Shown here in pieces: positions 19,115-28,720 of a stretch of 64,000 bases of DNA. The DNA is from Candidatus Omnitrophota bacterium (GTDB lineage Bacteria; Omnitrophota; Gorgyraeia; Duberdicusellales; Duberdicusellaceae), in contig JAGGSQ010000069.1 of assembly GCA_021159015.1 (NCBI GenBank), positions 1,332 to 65,331 of the forward strand, in the 5' to 3' direction. The notes beneath the pieces were generated by a model. It saw only the letters and a list, made by a program, of their open reading frames with translations. It was not told the DNA's origin and ran no database searches. The translations under genes were made by a program, and so were the position numbers. Every line of letters starts with the position of its first letter. The first letter of the stretch is position 1.

Positions 19115-21147
19115 GCTTCTTTCTTCTTAGCTGCTTCTACAATGCTCTGGGTAATACGCTGCGGCACTATTTCGTAATGAGAAAAACTCATTAAATAACT
19201 ACCGCGTCCGCCAGTCACCGAACGCAAGTCTGAAGCATAACTAAACATTTCAGAAAGAGGAACCTGTGCTTTTACTACCTGCTTTGTACCCTTGGCTTCC
19301 ATTCCTAAAACACGACCGCGGCGAGAGTTTATGTCTCCGGTTATCTGGCCCATAAATTCTTCCGGCACGGTAATTTCTACATTCATTATTGGCTCCAACA
19401 TAACCACGCCTGCTTGCTCCATAGCTTTTTTAAATGCCATACTCCCTGCAATCTGAAAAGCCATATCTGAGGAGTCCACGGGATGATAAGAACCATCAAA
19501 AAGGGTCACTTTTATATCTACCAAAGGGTAACCGGCCAAAAATCCTTCCTCCATAGCTTTACGAATCCCCTTTTCCACTGAAGGTATAAAATTACGCGGT
19601 ATTCTGCCACCTACAATCTTATCTACAAATTCAAAATCTTTGCCTCTCTCCAAAGGCTCCACTTCAATCCACACATCGCCATATTGACCATGTCCTCCTG
19701 TCTGCTTTTTATATTTGCCCTGTACTTTTGCCGCTTTAGTAATTGTCTCTTTATAAGGGACCTTGGGGCGGCCCAAAGTTACCTCAGCCGAAAACCTTTC
19801 CTTCAGACGCCCAATTATGATATTAATATGTAGTTCTCCTGTGCCGGAAATTATCAGTTCTTTAGTCTGTGTATCGCGTGACACCCGCAAGGTAGGGTCT
19901 TCCAGAGTGAGTTTAGTTAAAGCCTGCGAAATCTTATCTTCATCCTGCCGTGTCTTAGGCTTAATGGAAGCCGAATAAGTAGGAACAGGAAATACCAGTC
20001 GTTCAAACAACACCTTAAAGGACTCCTCCGCCAGAGTATCTGAAGTTACCGCATTTTTTAATTTAGCTACTGCGGCTATATCCCCACAACTAACCACTTC
20101 CCTTGCCTGCTGTTCTTTACCTTGCAAGACAAAAATCTGGCTAAAACGCTCTTTAGTTTTTTGGCTCTGATTATAGAAAGTACTGTTGGGGGAGATCTTA
20201 CCGGAAAACACTCTAAATATACTTAGCTGCCCTACATAGGGATCAAATATGCTCTTTATTACCTGAGCCGCAAAGGGGCCGTCTGCTTTGGATTCTACTA
20301 ATATTTCCTTTCCTTCAGAATCTTTAACCTTTAGAGGCAAACGGTCACTAACCGCAGGCATAACTTCTGTCAACACCTGCAACAAAAGCTCTATGCCCAC
20401 ACCCGAAAGAGCATTTCCGGCTAAAACCGGAAAAAGCTGGCGTTGACGCACGGCTCTATTTAAGGCAGACAAAACCTCTTTAGGCTCCAGGCTACCTTTA
20501 TCCAAGTATTTCTCCAGAAGCGCATCGTCACTTTCTGCTACTATATCTACAATCTGAGAATAGAACTCTTCAAAACCTTTTTTCTCCTCTGCTCCCAAAG
20601 AATCCTTTTTGCTGCTATCAATTATACTCACTACATCTTTAAATGCGGTACCTTTTCCTAAAGGCAAGACTAAGCTTGCGGCTTTCTTAGTCAAATTATT
20701 TTTAATATCCTTTAGACATTGGCTAAAGTCTGCTTCTTCTTTATCCAACTTATTAATAAAAAATAAACAGGGAAGATTTTCTTTCTCAATTATTTCCCAG
20801 GCTTTTTCTGTTCCCACTTCTACTCCCGATGCCGCATCTACTACTATCACGGCAAAATCGCTCCCTCTCACCGCAGCAATTATTTCTCCTACAAAGTCCA
20901 GGTAGCCTGGCGTATCGATAAATTGTAAAGAATAATTTTTGTATTTACAGTTGAGAAAAGAAGCGTTTATGGAACTCTTCCTTTCTATTTCGTCTTTCTC
21001 ATAATCACTCACCGTATTGCCCTCATCTACTTTACCCCAGCGAGTGGTTGCGCCGCTCTGGTACAAAATAGCCTCAGCTAAAGACGTCTTACCGCATTGA
21101 GCATGACCGGCTAACATAAACACTCTTTTCTTATCCAATTCTGCCAT
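19111..21147 (-). CDS. fusA: elongation factor G paralog (EF-G2)
   Basis: GHAQCGKT, DTPGYLDF, NKLD, GELH, KKQTGGHGQYG, VDSSDMAF; divergent switch motifs. Confidence 0.92.
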   Translation of the reverse strand: MAELDKKRVFMLAGHAQCGKTSLAEAILYQSGATTRWGKVDEGNTVSDYEKDEIERKSSINASFLNCKYKNYSLQFIDTPGYLDFVGEIIAAVRGSDFAVIVVDAASGVEVGTEKAWEIIEKENLPCLFFINKLDKEEADFSQCLKDIKNNLTKKAASLVLPLGKGTAFKDVVSIIDSSKKDSLGAEEKKGFEEFYSQIVDIVAESDDALLEKYLDKGSLEPKEVLSALNRAVRQRQLFPVLAGNALSGVGIELLLQVLTEVMPAVSDRLPLKVKDSEGKEILVESKADGPFAAQVIKSIFDPYVGQLSIFRVFSGKISPNSTFYNQSQKTKERFSQIFVLQGKEQQAREVVSCGDIAAVAKLKNAVTSDTLAEESFKVLFERLVFPVPTYSASIKPKTRQDEDKISQALTKLTLEDPTLRVSRDTQTKELIISGTGELHINIIIGRLKERFSAEVTLGRPKVPYKETITKAAKVQGKYKKQTGGHGQYGDVWIEVEPLERGKDFEFVDKIVGGRIPRNFIPSVEKGIRKAMEEGFLAGYPLVDIKVTLFDGSYHPVDSSDMAFQIAGSMAFKKAMEQAGVVMLEPIMNVEITVPEEFMGQITGDINSRRGRVLGMEAKGTKQVVKAQVPLSEMFSYASDLRSVTGGRGSYLMSFSHYEIVPQRITQSIVEAAKKKEA

Positions 21148-21179
21148 AAAACCCTCCTAATGTTTTAAGCTGAGTTTTA

Positions 21180-21208
21180 ATTATAGTAAAAATAAGTAGA
21201 GGCGTCAA
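21180..21208 (-). promoter_or_regulatory. sigma70 promoter of the fusA2 operon
   Basis: TTGACG-17 nt-TATAAT, then AGGAGG RBS. Confidence 0.7.
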
Positions 21209-21225
21209 ACAAAAAGCTTTAGCTT

Positions 21226-21960
21226 TTAAAGAGGCTCGTGAGATACTGAGCTTATTTTCATATTTCCCCAAAGGCCAATTTGACTGTCCTTAACAATATA
21301 AATTCCTTCTATCCCTTCAAAACGGCGTCCGTAGGCTAAAGCCTTTTTTATATCACAAGGCGCTTTTACCATATTAGCCAGGCGCGTGCTGAGCCCATCG
21401 GACAAAATCGCCGAGCGGCTTACTACGGTAACCAAATCCGCCTGCCCCAGACTAAGGCTATGCCCGAAGGTAGAAGAAGAAGAACAAATGCCTAAAGGAT
21501 AGTCCCTTTCCTCCAGAACTAACACTACACGACTTAAGGAATTATGCGTTACTACCAAAGGTTGTATGAATATAGGTCCTTTTTTCGCCAGGAATATATC
21601 GCCGCCGTTCTCAACGATAAATTGAGGAGTCTGTTTTAAAAGCTCACGCCCCGAAAATTCGGCGATTGCCCCGGCTACCGTAGCTAAAGGGCCAATATCC
21701 AAAAGTTGAGATACAGCCAGCATTTCTTTCACTAAAGGATATTTTGTCTCTATTTCCAGGGGCGAAAGAGAAGTAGCAAAAGCAGGGTATTTCTCTACAA
21801 TTTCAGCTACCTGGTTATAATATTTCTGTATTATTTCCTGGGCGCAGTTGTCTAAAGGACGAGAAGAATAAATCACAACATCGGCTTCGTTTACCATCAC
21901 GCGGCAGGAAAAGAAGTTTTCCTTATTCAGGTAATTACGATAGAATCTCTCCTCATACAT
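21226..21960 (-). CDS. UPF0280 (ApbE superfamily) protein
   Basis: YEER.YR, GPLATVAGAIA, VENGGDI, GHSLSLG.AD. Confidence 0.88.
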   Translation of the reverse strand: MYEERFYRNYLNKENFFSCRVMVNEADVVIYSSRPLDNCAQEIIQKYYNQVAEIVEKYPAFATSLSPLEIETKYPLVKEMLAVSQLLDIGPLATVAGAIAEFSGRELLKQTPQFIVENGGDIFLAKKGPIFIQPLVVTHNSLSRVVLVLEERDYPLGICSSSSTFGHSLSLGQADLVTVVSRSAILSDGLSTRLANMVKAPCDIKKALAYGRRFEGIEGIYIVKDSQIGLWGNMKISSVSHEPL

Positions 21961-21962
21961 AC

Positions 21963-22613
21963 CTAATGAGAAGGTCGAAGCACTACTACTTTAAGGGAAG
22001 AGGGAAGATTCTGAAAATTTATCTCTATCTGGCTCTGAGAAGAATATTCTACGGCACTAAACCGAGAGGCAAAATCTTCCACACCGGCTATATCAAAACC
22101 TAATTTCTCAGTCTTGAAATGCATGGGAATAACCAAACGAGGATTAACTTTTTCGCATACTAATTTAGCCTCTTGAGGCCCTAAGGTATACACTCCTCCT
22201 ACAGGTACCAGCAATGCCGCTGTGTTTTTTAAAGCGTCATAATCTATGAGCGTAGTTCCTAAGTCCCCTAAATGAACCACCTTAAGACCTTCCAGTTCAA
22301 AAATAAAAATAAGATTCGGACCCCTCTCTCTGCCTTGCTTTTCATCATGAAAAGAAGTTAAAGCTTTTATCTTTATCTCTCCCCGGCTGTATTCTCCCGC
22401 CTGGCGAAAAACTTGCGGTTTGGTTTTGAACCCGGCCAGATAGTTGTGGTCAAAATGTTCATGAGATATAGTGACTATGTCTGGCTCAATTTCTATCTTC
22501 CGGTATCGGACAGCCCCGCCATAACTTCCTGGTTCATAAGGGTCAGTAATAATCTTTACCCCTCTTTCTGTCTGCAACAGGAAACTAGCATGGCCTAACC
22601 ATTCAATAATCAT
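21963..22613 (-). CDS. MBL-fold metallo-hydrolase
   Basis: WLGHASF, SHEHFDH, HLGD, IPMH. Confidence 0.9.
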   Translation of the reverse strand: MIIEWLGHASFLLQTERGVKIITDPYEPGSYGGAVRYRKIEIEPDIVTISHEHFDHNYLAGFKTKPQVFRQAGEYSRGEIKIKALTSFHDEKQGRERGPNLIFIFELEGLKVVHLGDLGTTLIDYDALKNTAALLVPVGGVYTLGPQEAKLVCEKVNPRLVIPMHFKTEKLGFDIAGVEDFASRFSAVEYSSQSQIEINFQNLPSSLKVVVLRPSH

Positions 22614-22625
22614 TTCCCCCTCCTA

Positions 22626-23642
22626 TTAATATATCACCTTACTAAAATCTAATTCGTTTTTCTCCAGTTTCTCTGCCAGCGCTTTTACCCGCAAAAGCCG
22701 CTCGGTAGTGGTAGGATGATCGGCCAATAAAGAAGCGTTAAGGCTCTGAGGCAGCTCTATAGCAAAGCGTTCCCAGATCTCAATGCCTCTTTTTACATTG
22801 AACCCTCCCAGATAAGCAAAGATGACTCCGAAATAATCCGCCTCCCGTTCAAAATCCCGCGAGAATTTGGCATTAAATATACCACCCAACTGCCGACCGA
22901 TTTCTCCTCCTTGAGGAATATTCTGAGACAGGCCCCAATGAACCAGCGCGGCCAATAACCCTAATCCCTGACGTTTAAGCAGGTGCCCTTTAGCAATATG
23001 CGCCATCTCATGTCCTATTACTACCGCCAGCTCATCGTCGTTTTTTACAAAATTGAGCAGGCCGTAAGTAACCACCACTACACCTTCTCCCGCGGCAGCA
23101 TTTACCGCCTCAGAAGGAACAGTGCCAAAACGGACAAAATAACCCATCTTAAGCGGCCGGCATAAAAGGTTTACGGTTTCTTCCCCTCTTTTTACCTTCA
23201 AGCGCCATAGCTTTCTTTGCTTTTCTTTTATAAGCCAGCGGTAGTAATCCCCAACTCCGGAAAGAGCATGATTATTAATTTTAAGAATAATATCGCCTGT
23301 TTTTACGCCTGCCTCCGCCGCGGGCGAGCCGGGCACTACTCCGTAAACAACTGCCCCTTTGTCCGAAGGCAGAGACAATACGGCTTGAATATCTTTATTA
23401 TTGTCGGCAACTAAAGCACCTATATAGTTATAGTTAAGCCCCCGCCGCGGGCGCAGGGATTTTAATATCCTGAACCCGATGTTATTGACCCGCAGGTCCT
23501 TCTGCATACGGTAGTAAAGGGCTTTGCGGCGCAGCTGAGTCTCCGTCTGCTGAAGTGCCTGCTGCGAAGGATAAGGTCCTACCGTAACACAACCGGATAG
23601 AGACAAAAAAATAAAGACACTAAAGCTTCTTAAGAAATTCAT
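22626..23642 (-). CDS. lipoprotein with PDZ domain and M48 metallopeptidase domain
   Basis: LSGC lipobox; V.PGSPAAEAG.KTGD.I (PDZ); VNA.A, HEMAH, EREAD, HP...ER (M48). Confidence 0.88.
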   Translation of the reverse strand: MNFLRSFSVFIFLSLSGCVTVGPYPSQQALQQTETQLRRKALYYRMQKDLRVNNIGFRILKSLRPRRGLNYNYIGALVADNNKDIQAVLSLPSDKGAVVYGVVPGSPAAEAGVKTGDIILKINNHALSGVGDYYRWLIKEKQRKLWRLKVKRGEETVNLLCRPLKMGYFVRFGTVPSEAVNAAAGEGVVVVTYGLLNFVKNDDELAVVIGHEMAHIAKGHLLKRQGLGLLAALVHWGLSQNIPQGGEIGRQLGGIFNAKFSRDFEREADYFGVIFAYLGGFNVKRGIEIWERFAIELPQSLNASLLADHPTTTERLLRVKALAEKLEKNELDFSKVIY

Positions 23643-24309
23643 AACCTATACCAATATCTACAACTACTGCCTCTCCCCAATAGGATTTAGTCGTAGGATA
23701 TAAAAGAGTGCGTTTGGGAGTAACAAAAGTTATAGTTAAATCGGCTTTTACCGCTGTATCTACTTCTCTTGAGTCGGCACTAAGGCCTGAGGGTATATCA
23801 AGAGAAACTACTCTGGCTTCTGCTTGATTTATTATCTCAAAAATATTACGGTAAAAAGGATGCAGGGGAAGATGAAAATTTATTCCGAAAATGCCATCAA
23901 TTACCACCTCTGTTTTTTTGAGTGCTTGTTTTAGCTTCCTGAGCGAAGCAGAGCTACCCAAATAAACAGGTGTAACCCTAAAGACTTTCTGCAGCACACT
24001 AAGCTCAAACTTAACCTGCGTGTTAACATCACTTCTTGCAGCTGCTATGAAAACTTTTGCCTTTTTGCCCGCATTCATGAGGTGGCGACAGGAAGCCAAA
24101 GCATCTGCCCCGTTATTGCCTTTTCCAGCAACAACTACGCATGTCTTAAATTTAAAGCGGCTGAGAATTACCCTACTCGCGCCCCGGCTGGCATTCTCAA
24201 TTAACAGCAACTCCGGCAAAAAACGTTTTGCCTTCTTGTCCAAACGGCGGACTTCGGCTTGCGTCAGATAAGGAATCTTGAGAGAATATTTCTGGTTTTG
24301 TCCAGGCAT
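23620..24309 (-). CDS. nnrE: NAD(P)H-hydrate epimerase (YjeF N-terminal domain)
   Basis: L.ENA, GKGNNGAD, DGIFG, SLDIPSG, DIGI; start at MPGQ. Confidence 0.88.
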   Translation of the reverse strand: MPGQNQKYSLKIPYLTQAEVRRLDKKAKRFLPELLLIENASRGASRVILSRFKFKTCVVVAGKGNNGADALASCRHLMNAGKKAKVFIAAARSDVNTQVKFELSVLQKVFRVTPVYLGSSASLRKLKQALKKTEVVIDGIFGINFHLPLHPFYRNIFEIINQAEARVVSLDIPSGLSADSREVDTAVKADLTITFVTPKRTLLYPTTKSYWGEAVVVDIGIGYEFLKKL

Positions 24310-24424
24310 AATAAAAGAGTATTTAGATCTATAGTATATCTCATTTTTTTTCTTCCTGTCAATTCTTCTTGCACTTTTAAGAAGGAGGTTTAAAATAGTT
24401 GAGAAAGCTAAAAAGGAGGAAAAA

Positions 24425-24742
24425 ATGCCAGAGTTTGCAAGTCCCTTTTCCGGTCTTACCCCCGCAAAGAAACTAAGCAGCGAAGAATTGATCCGGGCCA
24501 TCCGCTTCATGGTAGCAGCAGAATACGAAGCCGTACAGATGTATATGCAGGTGGCAGAATCAACCGATAACAAATTAGCAAAAGCAGTACTAAAAGATAT
24601 CGCCGACGAAGAAAAAGTTCATGCAGGAGAGTTTTTGCGCCTTTTAAAGGCTCTAGAGCCGGAAGAAGAAAAGTTTTATCAAGAAGGCGCAGAAGAGGTA
24701 GAAGAAGAAATTAAAAAGACCGGCCGAAAAGGAAAATTTTAG
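24425..24742 (+). CDS. short ferritin-like/rubrerythrin-domain protein (EncFtn/Flp-like)
   Basis: E..A...Y, DEEKVHAGEF; AGGAGG RBS. Confidence 0.85.
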   Translation: MPEFASPFSGLTPAKKLSSEELIRAIRFMVAAEYEAVQMYMQVAESTDNKLAKAVLKDIADEEKVHAGEFLRLLKALEPEEEKFYQEGAEEVEEEIKKTGRKGKF

Positions 24743-25701
24743 TGGTCAAGACGCTTCTTGCGGAAGAGGTCTAAAAAGCGGTCTTCGTATTCAGCGTAAA
24801 CATTCCAGCTGTCTAAAAGCTTTTTAAGTTCAGAGGCAAAAGAAATATCTTTCTCTGCCTGGCGAAAAAGATCTTCGATCTTTGCTCTTACTGACTGCGG
24901 CAATTTACTATACTTATTTAATTCTTTCTTGATCCGTTGAATATCTTCCTCACTAAGCGGTGTCTGTTCAGGGAAAGATGCCTCTCCTTTTAGATAGCTA
25001 ATCAATTTATCTATCTCCTCTTTTATATAATTACTGCGTTGAATAAGCAAACTAAAATCTATGTCTAGATTAAGGTATCGCCTGAGAGTATCCAATACTT
25101 TTAAAGTAGCGCGGGGATTTTCAATCTGAATAGTATAAAAAGGAATTTCCCCCAGAAGGCAGGCTCCCCTCATTCCCATTTCTTTAGCTACCCCTAGAAG
25201 CAAACCATTAAGACCACTAATTTGCCCCTCGTTTAAAATCTCCCCCCCCAATTTCTGTATATCTTTCAGCACTGCTGTATGGCTGGCCACTACCCAAACA
25301 CGAGGGTCCTGATTGTGGTCAATAGGCTGCGGCATAGCCGCAAAAGTAAATACCTCTTTAATCTTAAGGCTGGCAGAAAACTCTAGAATCTGGCGTGAGA
25401 AAATATATCCTTTATCCAAAGGCGGCTGAGCTTGAGATATAAACAAAACAGCGTCTCTTTCTTTCTGACGGCTAAAATAAAACGTTCCTTCTTCTATTTT
25501 GGGCAGCTCCGCAATTCCCCGCTGGCTAATAATACCAATAGGCTCAAAAAGTCCGCTTTTTTCTACTCTGGCAAACTCTTGAAAATTAAGAGCATTTTTA
25601 AGGAAAAGACCGGCTTTAAGCGACACCTCTCCCATGCCTGGCCAGCAAGCAATTAAATAGGGCTTCTTTAGCCTGGGGGATTTAAGCTTTCTTATCATCA
25701 T
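24739..25701 (-). CDS. PAC2 (proteasome assembly chaperone)-family protein
   Basis: WPGMGEV, QPP, G.ISGLNGLLLG, G.CLLGE.P, NPRA. Confidence 0.85.
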   Translation of the reverse strand: MMIRKLKSPRLKKPYLIACWPGMGEVSLKAGLFLKNALNFQEFARVEKSGLFEPIGIISQRGIAELPKIEEGTFYFSRQKERDAVLFISQAQPPLDKGYIFSRQILEFSASLKIKEVFTFAAMPQPIDHNQDPRVWVVASHTAVLKDIQKLGGEILNEGQISGLNGLLLGVAKEMGMRGACLLGEIPFYTIQIENPRATLKVLDTLRRYLNLDIDFSLLIQRSNYIKEEIDKLISYLKGEASFPEQTPLSEEDIQRIKKELNKYSKLPQSVRAKIEDLFRQAEKDISFASELKKLLDSWNVYAEYEDRFLDLFRKKRLDH

Positions 25702-25743
25702 CTGGGTTATACCATCAATCGCAAAAGATTGCAACTAATAAAA

Positions 25744-27177
25744 TCAGAAACCAAACCAGCCCTCAACTGGAGAGGGGCCGTTTCCTATACCAATATGTTT
25801 AATGTGGCAAAATTCGAAAAACCCCGCTGGCCCCAAAACTCTGGCCCAGCCACTTTGTTTCATACCTCCAAAAGGAGTAGCAGGAGACATCTCGGCAAAA
25901 GTATTTATCCAGACTGTGCCTGCCTGAGCTTTACGGGCTAAGTTTTCTGCCTGCGCCAGATCTGCGGTCCAGATTTGAAGAGTAAGGCCAGAGGGATTCT
26001 TCTCCAAAATTTCTTCCGCCTCTTCTGCTTCAAAACTCTTAATCATCAATACAGGAGCAAAGAACTCTTCCCATACCAACTCTCTCAACTCCAGTAAAGT
26101 GGGCAAATAAAAATTAGTCCCTTCCACCCTCCTGCCTCCGCTTATAATTTTAGCCTGAGCCTCCCCTACTAGTCTCTTTACTTTCTTATCCACTTCTTCC
26201 AGATAAGAAGAACTAATCAGCGCCGCCAGATTAGCAGAAGGATCCTGGGGATCACCTAAATGTATTTTTTCTACTTTTTCCTTTAGCATTGTTTTTACCT
26301 GAGAAAAGACTTCTTCTTCTATAAGCAAAAGACTAACCCCAATACATATTTGCCCCTGTTTCATAAACGCTGCCGCCAATATATTATCAACTGCTCTTTC
26401 TAAATGAGCCGATTTGAAAATAAACCCTACATTGCACCCTCCCAGTTCACAGATAATCTTCTTAGGGTGAGAGGCACTTTCCCGATATACCTGCATAAAA
26501 GTTTTGCGGCTGCCGGTAAAAGAAAGAATATCCACCTCACTCTGAGCTAAAGCCTTTCCTATCTTTTCCCCTCTTCCGCTGACTATATTAATAAGACCGG
26601 GCGGCAAATCAAGCTTGTCCAGAAATTGAGCCAGTTTAAGAAGGGAAAGGCTGGCAAATTCCGAAGGTTTTACAATTACAGCATTCCCTGCGGCCAGTGC
26701 GGCGGCTACACTAAATCCAAAAATCATCAGAGGCACATTGTAAGGAAGAATTATGCCTGCTACGCCATAAGGCTCATAAGTAAAAATATCCCACCCCTTT
26801 TGAGAAGCAGGAGAAACCACAGAAAGTGATTCTAAAAAAGAGGCATAGTATTTAAAACAATCAGCGGCCAGAGGGACATCAACAAAGAGAGATTCTTTCA
26901 TAATTTTACCCACATCTTTACTCTCTATTTCGGCAAGAAGGGAAAGATTATCCAGAATAGTCTCTCCTATCTGTCGCAAAGTTTGTGCCCGCGCAGAAAA
27001 AGGCGTATTTCTCCAAATGGCCAGGGCTTGGCGCGATTTCTCTAAAGCAAAAGCCAGGTCGCGCGCTTCTGTCTCAAACATATACCCTAATACTTCCCTC
27101 TTCGCCGCTGCCTCACAAACAAGCCTATTGTTACTCTTCCTAAATTCCCCTCCTACATAGTAGAGATATTCCTCCAT
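25744..27177 (-). CDS. aldehyde dehydrogenase
   Basis: KPSE, FTGS, ELGG, GQIC catalytic Cys, EEFFAP, PFGGMKQSG; GGAGG RBS before MEEY. Confidence 0.93.
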   Translation of the reverse strand: MEEYLYYVGGEFRKSNNRLVCEAAAKREVLGYMFETEARDLAFALEKSRQALAIWRNTPFSARAQTLRQIGETILDNLSLLAEIESKDVGKIMKESLFVDVPLAADCFKYYASFLESLSVVSPASQKGWDIFTYEPYGVAGIILPYNVPLMIFGFSVAAALAAGNAVIVKPSEFASLSLLKLAQFLDKLDLPPGLINIVSGRGEKIGKALAQSEVDILSFTGSRKTFMQVYRESASHPKKIICELGGCNVGFIFKSAHLERAVDNILAAAFMKQGQICIGVSLLLIEEEVFSQVKTMLKEKVEKIHLGDPQDPSANLAALISSSYLEEVDKKVKRLVGEAQAKIISGGRRVEGTNFYLPTLLELRELVWEEFFAPVLMIKSFEAEEAEEILEKNPSGLTLQIWTADLAQAENLARKAQAGTVWINTFAEMSPATPFGGMKQSGWARVLGPAGFFEFCHIKHIGIGNGPSPVEGWFGF

Positions 27178-27304
27178 AAAACCTCCTGCTGTTTTAGCCT
27201 TCGACATTTACCATTATACTGATTTACACTTTGTAGTCCAGCCGTACTTCTAAATAACAATTTTTCTTCCCCCCTATCTCTTCGCTCTGATTTATATAAC
27301 TAAT

Positions 27305-28705
27305 TTAAAAAGTATACTTCAACTCGCAGACAATCTGATTGTTATTGCGATACTGGCCGTTAGAACCATAAGCCGGACCCCAAAAGTGATGATAGCCTAA
27401 GGTAAGCCAGAGATTATCCCGCATCTCAAACTTAGTCTTAAAAGAGACCCGTCCGTCGTTGTCGTCGCCATAAATTATCAGCACTTCCGGCTTAATCCTC
27501 TCATATACAAAGTCTGTGGCTACCTTAAGGGTAACGTAGCTTTCTACTTTATCCATAAGCCCGTAAGTATAAGAACTCAGAGCGTGTTTGCCTTTAAAGG
27601 TAGGGTTGTTATGAATAAACTGGGCAAACTGCAGAGAGAAAAGCCAGTTTGTAAAGTAATATTTATCAAATCCTAATACATAGGTATATTTGTCACTTCT
27701 TTCGGTGTAACTTCTGTGCCCCTGGCTGCCATAATAAGTAGGCTCATTACGCAAGTAAGCAAATTCTCCTCTCAACGTCAACCCTTTCAGGAGGCCGGCG
27801 TTGGTAAAAGACTTGTTGAAAGAAAAACCGATGAGCTGCATTAGCTTGTGCCGGCGGGAATAATAATAATTACCCTTAGGCATACCTAAGGCGGGAATCA
27901 GACCGCCGGTAATTACTACACCATCGGAATAGGTATAAGCACTGGTAGAATAACCATAAAGCCAGTTGAGAGTGTAGTCTATGCCGGCAAATATAGAACG
28001 CCAGCGCAGACCAACTCGCGAATTTTTCAGTTTAGAAGAAGGCCGGTAAATCGCCGTACTCATACTGCCGCCGGCGGCTTCCATAATGCTTTTTACCGTA
28101 TCAAAATCATTCACTGCTTTGAAAGCAAAGGTATCGCCGGCCTTAGCCGAACGCGAAGCTTCAAAGTCAGGAATCAAGAGAAACTGTAAAGTGGAATTCA
28201 GCCAGGGCGAATACTCCACCTTAATCATCCACAAAGGGATTCTGATATCGGCAAAGTCGGGCAGCCAGTAGCGGGTCAAATCAAAAGGCATAACCCGGTC
28301 TAAAAAAGGCAGGCCGTCGGCCTGGCCCCAAACAACTTGCTGTTTGCCAATTCTCACATCCAGCTGGTCTGAAATATAATCCAGGTAGCAGTCGCGCAGC
28401 CATTCTGTTCTCTGCGTAGTGCCGGCTTTTTCCTGATTTCTGTCAAACGCCCCCTCTCTTATGCCGTAGGCAAAATCGTAAAAATAGCGCGGATGCACAA
28501 AGAGAGTCCATTCGTCTGAGATGCGGTATTGCGCTTCTAAATCAAGCGTATTGCGGAAAGATGAAAGGAACTGATGAGAGTTGTCATTGTTAGTCTGGAC
28601 CCATACTTCGGTTTTAACATAGCTGGAATATTCAAAATTATTGCCGGTTTGAGCCGCCAGAACAGATAAAGGAAATAAAAAACAGAAAAGTAATAGCTTC
28701 TTCAT
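27305..28705 (-). CDS. DUF1302-family outer-membrane beta-barrel
   Basis: Signal peptide, R.GKQQVVWG.AD, DIRIP.WM, C-terminal KYTF beta-signal. Confidence 0.82.
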   Translation of the reverse strand: MKKLLLFCFLFPLSVLAAQTGNNFEYSSYVKTEVWVQTNNDNSHQFLSSFRNTLDLEAQYRISDEWTLFVHPRYFYDFAYGIREGAFDRNQEKAGTTQRTEWLRDCYLDYISDQLDVRIGKQQVVWGQADGLPFLDRVMPFDLTRYWLPDFADIRIPLWMIKVEYSPWLNSTLQFLLIPDFEASRSAKAGDTFAFKAVNDFDTVKSIMEAAGGSMSTAIYRPSSKLKNSRVGLRWRSIFAGIDYTLNWLYGYSTSAYTYSDGVVITGGLIPALGMPKGNYYYSRRHKLMQLIGFSFNKSFTNAGLLKGLTLRGEFAYLRNEPTYYGSQGHRSYTERSDKYTYVLGFDKYYFTNWLFSLQFAQFIHNNPTFKGKHALSSYTYGLMDKVESYVTLKVATDFVYERIKPEVLIIYGDDNDGRVSFKTKFEMRDNLWLTLGYHHFWGPAYGSNGQYRNNNQIVCELKYTF

Positions 28706-28720
28706 TTTCTTACCTCCTTT

